Shown here one piece after another: positions 26,401 to 40,448 of a stretch of 64,000 bases of DNA. The stretch spans positions 868,001-932,000 of the forward strand of contig LSRY02000025.1 of NCBI GenBank assembly GCA_001643675.2. The letters are read 5' to 3'. A model generated the notes under the pieces. That model was given only the letters and a program-made list of their open reading frames with translations. It was not told where the DNA came from and ran no database searches. Numbering within the stretch: position 1 is the stretch's first letter; each line of letters begins with the position of its first letter. The position numbers and the translations under genes are program-made. The DNA is from Monocercomonoides exilis PA203. Taxonomy: Eukaryota > Protista > Preaxostyla.

Positions 26401-28416
26401 TGTGAATGCTGTTTCTGTTGATTGCCCACTTCCAATAGATGTGTTCAGTCTGCTCACATACATCTCTCCTGCTCCAGAAATCTCAAACAGCCTCGAGGCA
26501 CGATTATTTGGATGAGCCGAACTGTGTAAAAGGACAAAGTCACTCACAGTCAATGTGCCTGTCGAGACAGCAAAAAGAGACAACCCAGCTGTTTCCAATT
26601 CTGTCTGCACTGTTGTGCTCAAACCACTCTGGCCATATATTGTGAAAGAGTTTGTGCCACAATCCACACTTTTTGTTTCAACAATTGTTCCTGTGAGTAT
26701 CTGGACATCCTTCACAACATCCGGGATCAGCTGAGTGAAGCAACGACTGATGGTGCCACATGGATGAGACTCATTAATTCCGCATGCATATGTGTCTTTT
26801 GCATTTGGCTGTGTTTCAGTTGATGAGACAAATCTCACACTTTCAAAATCGTTTCTCAGCCATTCACTTCTATCTTCGATTGAATCATATTTTGTGCTCA
26901 CTCTATTTTCTGTTTGTGTTGTAGAATAGCAGCTTTGATCTATGTTGTTTGATGTTGAGCCATATAAAACAATATCACGTCCTCCCCTTTCGCATGTATT
27001 GTTGTGAAAAAAGCAGTAATAAAACAAGATACCATCATTATTTGCGTTAACGTGCTGTGTGACAGCACCTCCTCCACACATTGAATGGCAATGACAAAAG
27101 AGACAATTGGAAATAACCACTTTGTCCGTTGGATTCCAATGTTCAATAGCTCCACCATTTCCATCTATTGTATCATTGGCACTGCAAAACAAAAACATTG
27201 AATCAATAATACATTTTTTCTGTTTTTCTGTCATTGTTGGATGAAATTCAATTGCCCCTCCATCTTCTCCAGATGAACAGTCTTCAAACGAGCAATCATC
27301 AACCAAAGACTGTATTAGGACGTTCCCCATCATTACACCACCTCCACCCAAATCATTTGTCCCTTCACAAGAACAGTTGATAAATGTGGAATGTTTGACT
27401 GAGCATTCTGCAATGTTCAAAGCACATATTCCACCACCATTTGTTGAAGAAGCATTACATTTTGTGAAAGAACAATTCTCAACATCCAAAATTGCATTTT
27501 CATTGTTATATACATAAAGGGCACCTCCTTGTGGTGCTGTGCAATCTTCCCATTCGCACAACGAAAATGATTGGCTATTTGTTAAATTCATTTGTCCTTT
27601 TTTCTGAAGAGCATTCATTTCTCTTTTCCCTTTGCTTATTGTAGTGTTTCTGCAGACAAATTCCTGTGAAGAGTGCAAACCACTTGAGATCCCTCCTTCA
27701 AAGACATTCACACATGAATAAATGAGGGTGTTTTCCATCACACTCAACAGGCATGAATGCTCCAATTGGTAATCACTGCTCTTGAATAGTTTCACAGACA
27801 TGTTGCAGAAGAAGCAGTCATTGATCAACTGTCTCTTGGATTTCCCACATGAAAGAAACGGAAAACAATACGAAACAAAAAGATTGGACAAACAGGAGTC
27901 GTTAAGTGTTATTGAATTGGATGCATCAGATGATTGGATGAGACTGCGAGGATAGATGTTCGGTTGTGGAAGAAGTGTGAGATTTGAAAAGTCAAGTGTT
28001 CCACCTTGCAGGAGGAACAAGAAGGAAGGAGATTGAGACATCAAACAATTGAAGGAGCGAAAAGATGATTGACTTTCAATGAATGCAAATGAGGAAGATG
28101 AGAGTTCAATGAGAGTGGAAGATATAGTTATTGAAGAATTGATGACGCAGAAGAAAGTGGACATTGAAGAAACAATCAAAGGGTTTGAAAATGTGAAAGA
28201 AGGCAAAACATGTTCAATTGTCTTTTTGGCGATGTTGGTGGACAACTTGTTTGAATCATCAGCCATTTTGATGAAACCTGAACAAGGAAATGTGTGCAGT
28301 GGATGAGCAATTGGGGAGGATTTTTGCTCATGGAAGGGGGATGGCAAAGCAGTGTTCAATGTTTCAGTCAGCACAAAAAAGAGCAAGCACACATATAAAG
28401 ACAGCTGAGACTGCAT
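20476..28416 (-). CDS. Giant single-exon type I membrane protein: signal peptide, Cys-rich GGA(I/L) beta-helix-like ectodomain, one TM helix, degenerate TKL-like pseudokinase tail
   Basis: Likely start MQSQLSLYVCLLFFVL at 28416; repeated F..C......GGA(I/L) and CG....PC.TI motifs; TM IWPIIVIIVCIICIILLVVIVVLAV followed by RWRK; kinase C-lobe remnants RWKAPE, VFSIGMMLWECLTLQIPF and RPSL, but no HRD or DFG. Confidence 0.8.
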   Translation of the reverse strand: MQSQLSLYVCLLFFVLTETLNTALPSPFHEQKSSPIAHPLHTFPCSGFIKMADDSNKLSTNIAKKTIEHVLPSFTFSNPLIVSSMSTFFCVINSSITISSTLIELSSSSFAFIESQSSFRSFNCLMSQSPSFLFLLQGGTLDFSNLTLLPQPNIYPRSLIQSSDASNSITLNDSCLSNLFVSYCFPFLSCGKSKRQLINDCFFCNMSVKLFKSSDYQLEHSCLLSVMENTLIYSCVNVFEGGISSGLHSSQEFVCRNTTISKGKREMNALQKKGQMNLTNSQSFSLCEWEDCTAPQGGALYVYNNENAILDVENCSFTKCNASSTNGGGICALNIAECSVKHSTFINCSCEGTNDLGGGGVMMGNVLIQSLVDDCSFEDCSSGEDGGAIEFHPTMTEKQKKCIIDSMFLFCSANDTIDGNGGAIEHWNPTDKVVISNCLFCHCHSMCGGGAVTQHVNANNDGILFYYCFFHNNTCERGGRDIVLYGSTSNNIDQSCYSTTQTENRVSTKYDSIEDRSEWLRNDFESVRFVSSTETQPNAKDTYACGINESHPCGTISRCFTQLIPDVVKDVQILTGTIVETKSVDCGTNSFTIYGQSGLSTTVQTELETAGLSLFAVSTGTLTVSDFVLLHSSAHPNNRASRLFEISGAGEMYVSRLNTSIGSGQSTETAFTTELLNVQNGMLQVDNVNWAKTISTTSLFSLSSTNEISLTLSECAFDGIERTNSEAAVISFSNDKINIKLNSCSFSGCGSTGSENGGSMMLCAGVENEVKVNGGSFDGCFCSASNGLGGGILLQLSTGSPNILISSSFGTNTAKWGNDIFVLSPDLEETAKSQKITCVTASLDSFDRVQGYDNGNTTVAIPLCIYLLPTPEEIYVSNTEASDHSHCGIVKFPCLTIKHSLTRQTETKKVAVSGMIMMADELAFANQKHEIRGNDDESGWTVSDSSATSNSAMVITSVETVLSKLIFSLPSSFSSHSTFISSSSSSLTLSQCSLTLQDSSSELVSLFLSIASGILTIDSFSASSIPLSGNPLISLTGSGSKAELMSNQWLSMTNCTFTEIERTAGSGGCVSIDNSNDENSNGEINIEECVFDGCSVLADGSRGGAMFSQLKGNTKLNIISCTFAGCTAPTGEEKSGFGGGMALKLIDDYSLFVISSPVFGPEKPNVARYGNDLFVESPSLTKSITNASLPFVSEHLTDISLDSMRGFDGSDTTNAIPLVYFWIALGSEIFVGGEGKDMGACGFLDCPCLSIDYSLDRLPEGNERDIKIKGNGILQKCVDVSGAAIKSDNSLISSLECLASLEGTEEAAMKIQGITNFELINFVMPSSFTGDVKSLKHVGSSDASLTVKDCSFTKMEESGEEIISYGLIKADGGTVQLELVTMQSLSFSKDVISVLSSTILNIKNLTMRNVDLDGASGLSISKSSRRGKNEVEQDIVVEWSSFEEVTQNTTADIPVIRNDNDVEPLKMVIRNTTMKKCGGTRCGKGGAIFSLLNEGGKFDCSFCTISECFCSTTGRGGWLFLECTSTAEQPLNFVFSNITFKDNSAFRGRDVYVRCHSLENQIADEQFLLDFRAPFVKDLAMWGCTTDSFVGEEDLLLRVVKYQSETIFVSSVADNHTDSKQCGEFGKPCESLNEGVQHIVPSQYSQLLVSHQTAICAPCSATSVSIRSLESPSSALVHLDTPIQHCPAILATSANVRIECLDFLFSQSFSHTGSAVVCHTDGHLSLSFVQFASSSASSATSTTTSPTASPAAHPVLLNSSLLAIEGGHLTVDNCSVLHLAFALPPFLLSAADHVALANINLQHLQLSASAFEFRQCQSASAHSVAAEHLVFSQGSILCLPATATGDIAFSGSSFHNCTNTCSSTSTSTSTSTSFSSSVLSASSSSAHISLSNFTCSQCGPSSGNDADGQAQQGSVVSVSNAADLSLAMCVFEGAPTGTAASASANGNRNSADSICSWNASLVHLCNTTAAISDLTVANASDGALSVSGGTVRMDDAKFVGNSPSARSSPSASSYPSARRNIACSDGASLTLASLKGGDGAKDNTSLWILDSGCTLAGIPRHRLSPFFIPTLRSAHEAGNEADEQSEVTIRFQGELLLPCNLSFRLATTIGTEELLHRYEFDAKGLVSEKEAFGVIQGSILREAPAEAEVSVCLLFGNADAPSATEPFILKNASEAKNGDEKLVEGGKKEKSIWPIIVIIVCIICIILLVVIVVLAVRWRKARNENKDLREIVNDTVKKDPKLIEMVTMEMSPEEQWRKAEKEAEKKNEERIKKRIYDTNMQHSESSEYLLAESGSTEYILGKDSDKIPEWMLEKDEEEETRKRSPSPSISSTSTTDTSDTDSTFVQREDLCPTTSSMSNLVDAMACSSPHEKLIVDLRDSLFMLLHGKNEKKEMAIGTFQEREQTAAQILFWVANGALHSFEEMDNPLQSLANLSPHIVLFSEHMVICIVMHSDLLSNDDSDSSSVSSSTVATSASDDDDESDSLPSSAFEDEDDFRKECLRWKAPELLINKKMRAAKESVVFSIGMMLWECLTLQIPFGEYEAEVAGQKIANGERPALEAVQRSSFFVLVKSCVSQSPGARPSLVQLKREFIGRFPPGAAVLTLTDAADLEDSVDGHRQGTTSLAFSASSTANEAQPTVNTKNRE

Positions 28417-29009
28417 GAAGCTGGATTCAAGAGATGGTTTTGTGAAGATAACAATTACAAATGCTTGCCTTTTGAAAACAATGAAAACAAAAATTGCTTT
28501 GAAAATTCTGAGAAAAAAAACGAGATGCTCAATGGAATATGGAAATTGAAATGAATTCACAAAAATTGAAATTAGTAACCACAATTCGAAATTTTGAAAA
28601 AAATGTATATACAAAACGTATATTTTAACGATAAAAAAGTTGACTCAAATTATATAAATATGAAAATTATTTTTATGAAGTTTATGTTTGAACTGAAAAA
28701 TATTTTTTCTTCGATTTTAGCTGGTTGAATAATACTATGGTAAAATCAAATAAATAATTATCCTTTGCGCAAAATAAATCATCAGATTTTTTATTTTCGA
28801 ATTCCATTGTCGATGGAAATAGATAAGAAATAATAGCTAAATATTTGTTGAGTGTCATTTCTCTTTCACTGACAAATGAGTAAAAAACATCGTTTTAGTG
28901 TGAAGTCAAATAATGGTGTGCACAGTTGATTCAAATTGAATTTTGCAAATATGAAAACAATTTTTAATCATGTGTGTGTTTAACTTTTTGAAAAGTCTCA
29001 TATATAGAT

Positions 29010-29357
29010 ATCGCATAAAATACAGGACAAGATCGATTTCACAATAACTGCAAAAAGAAAAATTCTGTCATTTTTCCTCAAAACACACCTCACCAATACA
29101 AACTCATTTGATATGCAAATATTTCAAAATAGCATCATTAGAACTTAGAGAAAATTATTTTTAAAAACTTGGAGAAACTCAAAATCCTATTTCTCCGTGT
29201 TTAAAAAAATATATTTCTCTGAGAATAACTGAAGCTGTTTTTAAAGTCTTGTTTATCAATTGAGTTTGTATCTTTGAAATATGTTTTGAGGAAAATTGTC
29301 AGAATAATTTTTCTTGCAGTTATTGTGAAATCGATAATGTCCGGTTTTTTGTGCGAT
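29010..29357. repeat. Imperfect fold-back palindrome (about 168-bp arms, 12-nt loop at 29178-29189), MITE-like
   Basis: ATCGATTTCACAATAACTGCAA pairs with TTGCAGTTATTGTGAAATCGAT; TTTCCTCAAAACA with TGTTTTGAGGAAA; GGAGAAA with TTTCTCC. Paired coordinates at the centre and the outer ends both sum to 58367. Confidence 0.8.
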
Positions 29358-29799
29358 GTCAGGAATTTAATGTGATATATGTACATTTTATTCAGAAATA
29401 ATTAATCATTGAATAATTTGAAATTGGGTGATTTTTTTTGATATCATAAAAAAAGATCAAAAATTGAAAAAATAAAATCTATAATGGTATTTATTGATCA
29501 AAAAGTTAAATTAATTTTTCATAACTGCAAAGCTTTTATTTCAATAATTTATATTTGTTTTATTTTTTCTCCCCAAAAAGACATACCTTTTTAATGTTTT
29601 TGGTGAAAAAGGATTTTATGATCAAGTTTTATAAAAATTAACTAAAACAAACGAATAAAACTTCAAAAGAAAAAAACTGCAAATTCATAATTGGCAAAAT
29701 ACAACATTGCAAAGAGAAAGTTTATAAGAAGAACAGAAAAAATAATAAGAAAACAAAATTATTGAAACTTATCGAACAATAATAGTTATTTTTCTATTT

Positions 29800-30130
29800 T
29801 TTCCCTTTCCTTTATAAGGCCAACAAATCTCCATTCATTTTATTTGATTCAGCAGCTTCATCAAACGTAAACAGATATAGTGGTGCATGGGATAAATCCA
29901 AGTTCAATATTTGGCTCCTCCTCATCAACCAGAATAAAATTCATTTCAGCAATGGAACCGATGCTGATGTCTGTGGAAGAGAAGGACAGATTTCATGTGC
30001 CACCATAGAATATACCCTCAACGGCTTCATTTCCCTCCTCCAAGACGCCTCTCTCACGCTCCTCACCTCAATATTTGTTACTCTTCAAACACTCACCTTC
30101 AGCGCGGTTGATATAAAAATCACAGGAAAT
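29800..30130 (+). pseudogene. Fragment of an adhesin/receptor-family ectodomain
   Basis: Reads ...SNGTDADVCGREGQISCATIEYTLN..., the same CG....C.TI motif type as the 20-28 kb receptor; no intact ORF around it. Confidence 0.45.
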
Positions 30131-30799
30131 GATAAACTTTCTAAATTCATCAGAATTTCTTCCATTTTCTCATTTTCACCATTTTCCATTTCACAGAAAA
30201 ATACTTGATATTTCATCTTCTTTTCAATTGAAGTATATGTCACTTAATTATATCAAAATCCTTAACATCAGCAAGACAAAAATATTTCTTCCACATTTCT
30301 TCATCCAATTTTTTCTTTTCATCAACTACAAATTAAGCTCATGAAAAAAGATTCATTGTTGTTGTATCTTCAAAAAGAATATATTCATACATATCTAGTA
30401 ATTTTCTTCAGATTAAATTTTCTTCACCTTTCCGATTTCAACTTGCTTGTATCCAATAAGCTCCAGAATCTCATATGACTTCCCTTCAAATATGATTTTT
30501 CCCAAAAATCGCTTTATCTCATTGTTTCATTTCCAACAATTTACTGTGACTTCGTAGCTGTGTAACCTGCCGAAGTCTATTTAGGAACCCAGCCATTCCA
30601 AACAAAAATAGCATCAACACCATTTCCTTTTCACTTCAAATGCTTCTGCATCCATATGAAAAAGTCAGAATAGATTTTCTTGCTGATTGCATGCCTCTGA
30701 TCAGCTTTTCTATGCAAAAAACAGAATCGTTTCCGTTGATATATAATATTAGCTGATATTCATTCTTTGAATAAGTTTTTCTTTGTATCTTTCCAAATA

Positions 30800-33700
30800 G
30801 CAACGATAGATGATGTCTAGCACTGAATTCGATGATAGTTGAATGAAAAGGAAGCAGACGAAGAAAGAGCAGGCAGTGAAAGTGGAGAAAGTGAGCCAGG
30901 AGCAGCAGGATTAGAAATGGATGGATGAACAGCTTGAGACAAAAGGAAGGGAGAAGAAGAGATTCTGAGTAAAGGAGAAGATTGCTGTTGGACGTTCATA
31001 AACAAGGACGAATTGACAAGCGAAGAGGTGCAATGAGAAAGAGGATGCAGAGAAATATTTGTATTTGAACAAAATCAGCAGCTGAATCAAAAGGCGCAAC
31101 CAAATTGAGGGCAGGGCATTTCAACATCAAATCCATCTCCATTGAATTCTGCGACGTGAAGAAAGATGCCAACTTTGAGAACGACAGTGAAGAAAACAGC
31201 TTCGACAACGCATCTCTTCTTCCGGGCACACTGCTCTGACTGAATGTTCTTATCCCTTTCTCATTCTGAAACAGCAGAGGTGATCCTTTCCCTGCTCCTT
31301 TCCTTCCCTTCCTGTGTGTCACTTCTGCTTCCTCTTTGTGTGTCCACCAGCCCCTCCACTTCATCCTCCTTCCTCTTCTCAGCTCCGCCCGGCTTTGCCA
31401 CAGCCCACTCTTCAGCGCACTCATCAGATCCAACCGCGTTCTTGTCTGCCTCGCGTCGACTGCTGCATACACAGGCTCTTTTCGCATCTTCCACACAAAT
31501 TGCCCATTTTCCTCGCTTTTGATACGCACATAACGGTATGGCACATCCAATTCATCGCTCAAATCATCAAAGTCAGAATTAGCTACATCATTCAGCATGC
31601 TGTCCAATTTCCGCTCTTTTGTTAAAATTGGCGTTTGGCTTTCTTTCGCCTCTTGTTGCGCCTCGCTTGCCATTTTGTTCTCCTTCTGGTTGGTTGGCGT
31701 GCCTGTCTCAAGGTGTGGTTGTGGTATTCCTTGGATGCTGCTAAACAGATTCTTGTCTTTTTCTTCTTTCTCAATTTTCCTGCGCTCCCGCTCTTCTTGC
31801 TCTTCTTTCTTCTTCCGTATTTCCTGCAGTTTTATCAACCGAAGCAGTTTTTCTCTCTGTTTGCGTCTCACCTCTATTCTCTCTTCTTCGTCACTGATGA
31901 TGGAGCTGTTGTAAAGGCATTCACTTTCTTCTTTCTTCTTTGTTTCCTTCAAAGAATTTCTTCCAATCAATGATAAACTCTCGTTTTCTTCTGCTTTCAC
32001 TTTATTTTCTTTTTCATCAACATAGCTATTTTCATCTTTTTCAGGCTTCAATGCCTTCCTCATCTTAATCAGTTCTCTTATTCTTCTTTCCTCTCTTCTC
32101 TCGTTCCTTGCTTCTCTTTTTCGCTCTCTTTCGCTCTATCTCTTTCTCCCTTCCTCTTCTTCAGATTCTCTGAATAACGCTCCATCATCCGAAATTATGC
32201 AAAAAACGTTAGCGCCTCAAACACATCTGGTGGGAGAACAAAATATTGTCTTTTCCTTCTTCTCCCGAATTGCTTCCTCATCCTCCTCATCTGCTGCTCT
32301 TCGCCTGTCAAAAAGCTGTTTTTAGAAAAGCGCAGCAACGAAGAAGAAGAAGAAGAAGAAGAAGAACGTGAGGCACCAGAAGCAGCAGCCACTTGTGCAC
32401 AGCGGTTGAGATAGCATCTGCGGAGGAGAGGATGCATTGCTCTTATGCGGCGAGCCATAGCAATTTCAGAGCGATGAGGTGGTTTGGGGTGGAGAGAGAG
32501 GTCAGTTACTGCTAGAGAAGATGGAGAAGATGGAGAAGATGAAGAAGAGGAAGAAGAGGAAGAGGAAGATGAAGGAGAGGGAGAAGAAGATGGCTGACAA
32601 AGAGAAAGACAAGATTCATTTGGCAATGAAGAAGGAGATGTTCCTGTTCCTGTGCCAATGCCAGCAATTAATTGAGTAAAAAAGGTTTATGTTTAATCTT
32701 TATTGTTTTTTCTCAGTCTTTGTCTTCCACGCACATAAGATGGATTCAAATCGCATCTGACTGAAAAACAGACAATTTTCTGCTCGAAATGAGGCTGTTT
32801 GCAAGCGAACCGAATCTTCTTCGCAGAACGCCATCGCCATTGTTCAGTAATTGCTCAAAGAGAAAGTCGTCAATAAGATTGGTTGCATGGCCAGGAAAAT
32901 CAAATGTGTTGATTGTGTTGGAAGATGAGTAGTTTTCGAGTGTCAATGGATTGACTCCACATTCATCGACAGCCTCGTCTGTGTCAGGATGCTCCACCCA
33001 ATCACCCAACAGCTTAAAACCAGGAAATTTCTCTCGGTTCTCTTTCTCTTTTCCTTTCCCTTTCTCTCTCTCTTTCGGTCTCTCCTTCCACTTCTCCTTC
33101 TCTCTCTCTCTCTCTCTCTCTCTCATCGCTGTTATTCCTGTTATTCCCCTCACAACATTTCCTCTTTTTCCTTTTCCATCTTTCCCATCATTCCCATTCT
33201 CATACATTCCAGTGAAAATAGCCATCATCCTCTGCTCTTTGTTCGACATCTGTTTGTTTCTCTGCCCCCATCTCAATCTGTTCTGTCTCAATTGAAGTTT
33301 TCTTGTGCGAATGTTAGAAAATTCGTTGTCTTCATCAAAGAGAGGTGGAGGAGGAGGAGGGAAAACAGGTGAAGATGAATGAGAAAGAAGCTGTTGAGTG
33401 AGAAAAGAATGATGAAGGGAAGGGATGTGTGAGAGAGAAGAGAGAGAAGGGAAAGAAGGAGAAAGGGAAGAAAGGGAAGAGGTTAAAGAAGAAGTGGAGA
33501 TGGAAGGAGTTGATAGAGAACGAATAACAGAAGAGAAAGAAGAAGGTTTGAGGGATGTTTTGAAGCGAAGTTGTGGTTGTTGATAAAGATGATGATGTTG
33601 ATGATGACGAAAATGAGAATGAGAAGAAGAAGAAGAAGAATTATAAGAAGAAGAAGAAGGAACATATGATGTGTTCAATGAATAAATGCCTGTTGGATAG

Positions 33701-34036
33701 AGATGATGAACAGAGGCAGAAGAAGGTGAAAACAGCTGAGTGGCGAAATGGAAATTGAAAGAAGATGAAAGAGGAGAAAGAGAAGAGTATTGAAGAGCTA
33801 ATGAAGAAGGAATAATGGAAGATCTGTTGGCCGAGAGAAGGCGGTGAATGAAAGGCGTATTGAATGAAAGAGAATGATTGGGAGGATGAAAAGGATGAGG
33901 AAGAGAAAGAGAAAAAAACAAGAAGAAATTGTATGATATGTTATTGATATATTTGATAAAGAAGAAAAAGAAGATGATGAATGAATGGCATGAAATGATT
34001 AATTGTTGGAAATAAAGAAGATGAGTGTCAATTTAC
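30800..34036 (-). pseudogene. Decayed or fragmented low-complexity coding region reading away from the inverted-repeat element
   Basis: Successive minus-strand ORFs (32746-33921, 32195-32626, 30996-32063) of Ser- and Glu/Lys-rich coding character, separated by stops and frame changes without clear AT-rich introns; no recognisable domain. Confidence 0.45.
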
Positions 34037-35418
34037 ATCAACTGAGAAATTCATTGAAATTCTCGTCTTCTGTTTCTTTTTCTTCTGCAGAGGAGAAACA
34101 TCTGAATCCTTTTTCACTTTCAGCTCAATCTCTTTCTCTCTCTCCAACAAAAAATACGAAAGATTGAGTAATCTCTTTTTCATTCCATCTCTTCCACATT
34201 CAATTCCCCTTCTTTCACAAGAAATCTTCTTTCCTCAAAAATAATTCTTCGCCAAAGCACAATGCAAGCCATCTTCGATTTATCTTGAATTTCATCAATC
34301 TTCATTTCATTTTTCTTCCTTGCTTTTCTTCTTCAAAGCCATATAATTCTTCGCTCTTTCAACATCCTGAATAAAAAAATTATAATCACTTCAAAAAAAA
34401 ATAATAATAACAGCAAACCTTCAGAACCTATTTTTAAGCCAATGTCTAAATTTTATCCTATTGGCAACTGTTTTCTTTATCAATTTCATTATTTCTTCCT
34501 TTTTCAAGTGTTTCATCATCTGATTCCCCAAACATCCTTTCCGTCAGTTGTTTTTCCATCAAATGCATCGATTTCTGGTCCTTCTGAAAAATGTGAAATT
34601 TATGCATTTTGCTCAATTTCATCTTTCTCATTGAAAAATATCCTTGTTTCTCGTCTGAAAATATCATCTCCAATTCCCTTCCCAATCCCTTCACCCTGGG
34701 CACTTTTCGTATGAATTCGCTGGCTCAACTCGATGGTCAGCCTGCACAATGAGATATCCCGCTTTCATTCATTTTCATTCTTTTTGACCTGCTGCCCCTA
34801 AAACAACACAAAAAGACATCAACAGGTTAATATTCATATATAGAAAAATAAATAAAAACCAAACTTCCTTCTCTGCCTTTTATTAGCAATTATTCTTTGG
34901 CATACCAATCATATAAATATTTTCATTAAAAACAAAAGAAAGAACAACTATTGATTGTCTATGAAAAAGATTTGTTTAAAAAACATGTGTTTTCCTCATA
35001 TGATAACAAATAACAAACCTCGATGCAACGTCAATGTGAGAAAAATTGTTGAAAGAACATTTTGAAATAAAGTTATGGAATTTTTTCTCATTGAAAAAAG
35101 TTCTAAACACACATTTTTTTTAATCATTTTTAATGAATATTGTTATTTTGATAATTATGAAATGTTTGAACACAAATAGAATATAAGCATTTTCTCGTTC
35201 TTGAAAGAACAAAAAAGCGAAAAATTTTCATAGATTTTTGATCTGAAAATTTGAGATACATTTTTCGAAAAAGAGGTCACACCTTGGTACCCCTTTTTTT
35301 GACATGTTTCACGCACCTTCATAACAACAAATCGATTCGTGCAAAAAAAATGTCACCCAAGGTGTGACCCTCGTGGGATACCTTAAAAATATTTTTTCCT
35401 TATGATCATTTCCATAAT
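34037..35418 (+). repeat. Left arm of 1,382-bp inverted repeat
   Basis: ATCAACTGAGAAATTC...CATTTCCATAAT is the reverse complement of 41391-42772. ORFs 34442-34714(+) and 42095-42367(-) translate identically, and paired coordinates sum to 76809 at both ends. Confidence 0.95.
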
Positions 35419-36202
35419 GATTTGGATATGCGTGAAATTGTTTGACTTTTGTGTTATGAGACGATTATTTTCCATTTGTTATTTGCACAAAATTTTAACA
35501 TTCTGACATTATTTTGTGAAATATTATGTTGTAAGTCTGCTTTTGTTGAAAGAAGTTATTTAACTTTTATTAGTGAAAGTTTTGTTAATGATTTATTTTT
35601 TTTTTCATTTTTTAAATCTTCAAATATTATAAAGAATAAATTATCTCGAGTAGTTTTCCGAAAGTTTATTAATAGAAGATAAAAATGTCTTATAGTTATT
35701 GTTCAAATAAAAAAAAATTCCTCATTTGATTTTGAACGAATAAACCAAAAAATTATATAATTTTTTAAAGGTTGTTTCTGTGAAAATAATATATTTTTTC
35801 AATAATTTCAAATATATTAAGCAGTCATCCAAACATATATTAACAATTTTATCCTTTGAATAAATGTGAAAAAATCAAAAAGTTTTTTAAAATTTTAATC
35901 TCAAATTAAATTTTTTTTCTTGAAAAAACATCTTTCATTTTGGAATCAAACAACACAATTTTTATAAAAAAAAAGAAAGAAAGAATAATTATATAATTTT
36001 GTTTATTATCAGATTTTTTGAAGTTATTTTTTTTTTATTTTTGTGACTTAATTTGTGAGCTTTTTGGATAACTGTTTGTCTTTTGACAAAATGATAATAG
36101 GAGAAAGTGAATAAATAAAAAAAAAAGATGGAGGATGACAAAGGAAATTTAAAAATTTTTTTCACATTAAAAATTCCATAATAAATTAATTATTTCACAA
36201 AA

Positions 36203-40308
<4,106 letters not shown>

Positions 40309-40314
40309 GAAACT

Positions 40315-40448
40315 GGTTATTGTGCATGCTTAGCTGGCACTCTATCGGAAGGGTGCTGGACATGACTGTTCGTATTAGATATTGCAGCCTCCGGGCTGCT
40401 TTATCCGGACCTGGATACGACGAACAGCCTCCCAGGTGCACAATAGTT
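40315..40448 (+). other. Candidate structured RNA or cis-element just 3' of the transposase stop codon
   Basis: GC-rich island with five nested complementary stems; G-U pairs favour the + strand. Confidence 0.45.

Noticed and set aside
34442-34714. Twin 90-aa and 81-aa ORFs (also at 42095-42367) as real small genes
   Set aside because: They are identical only because they lie in the repeat arms; they are fragments or antisense frames of a decayed gene.
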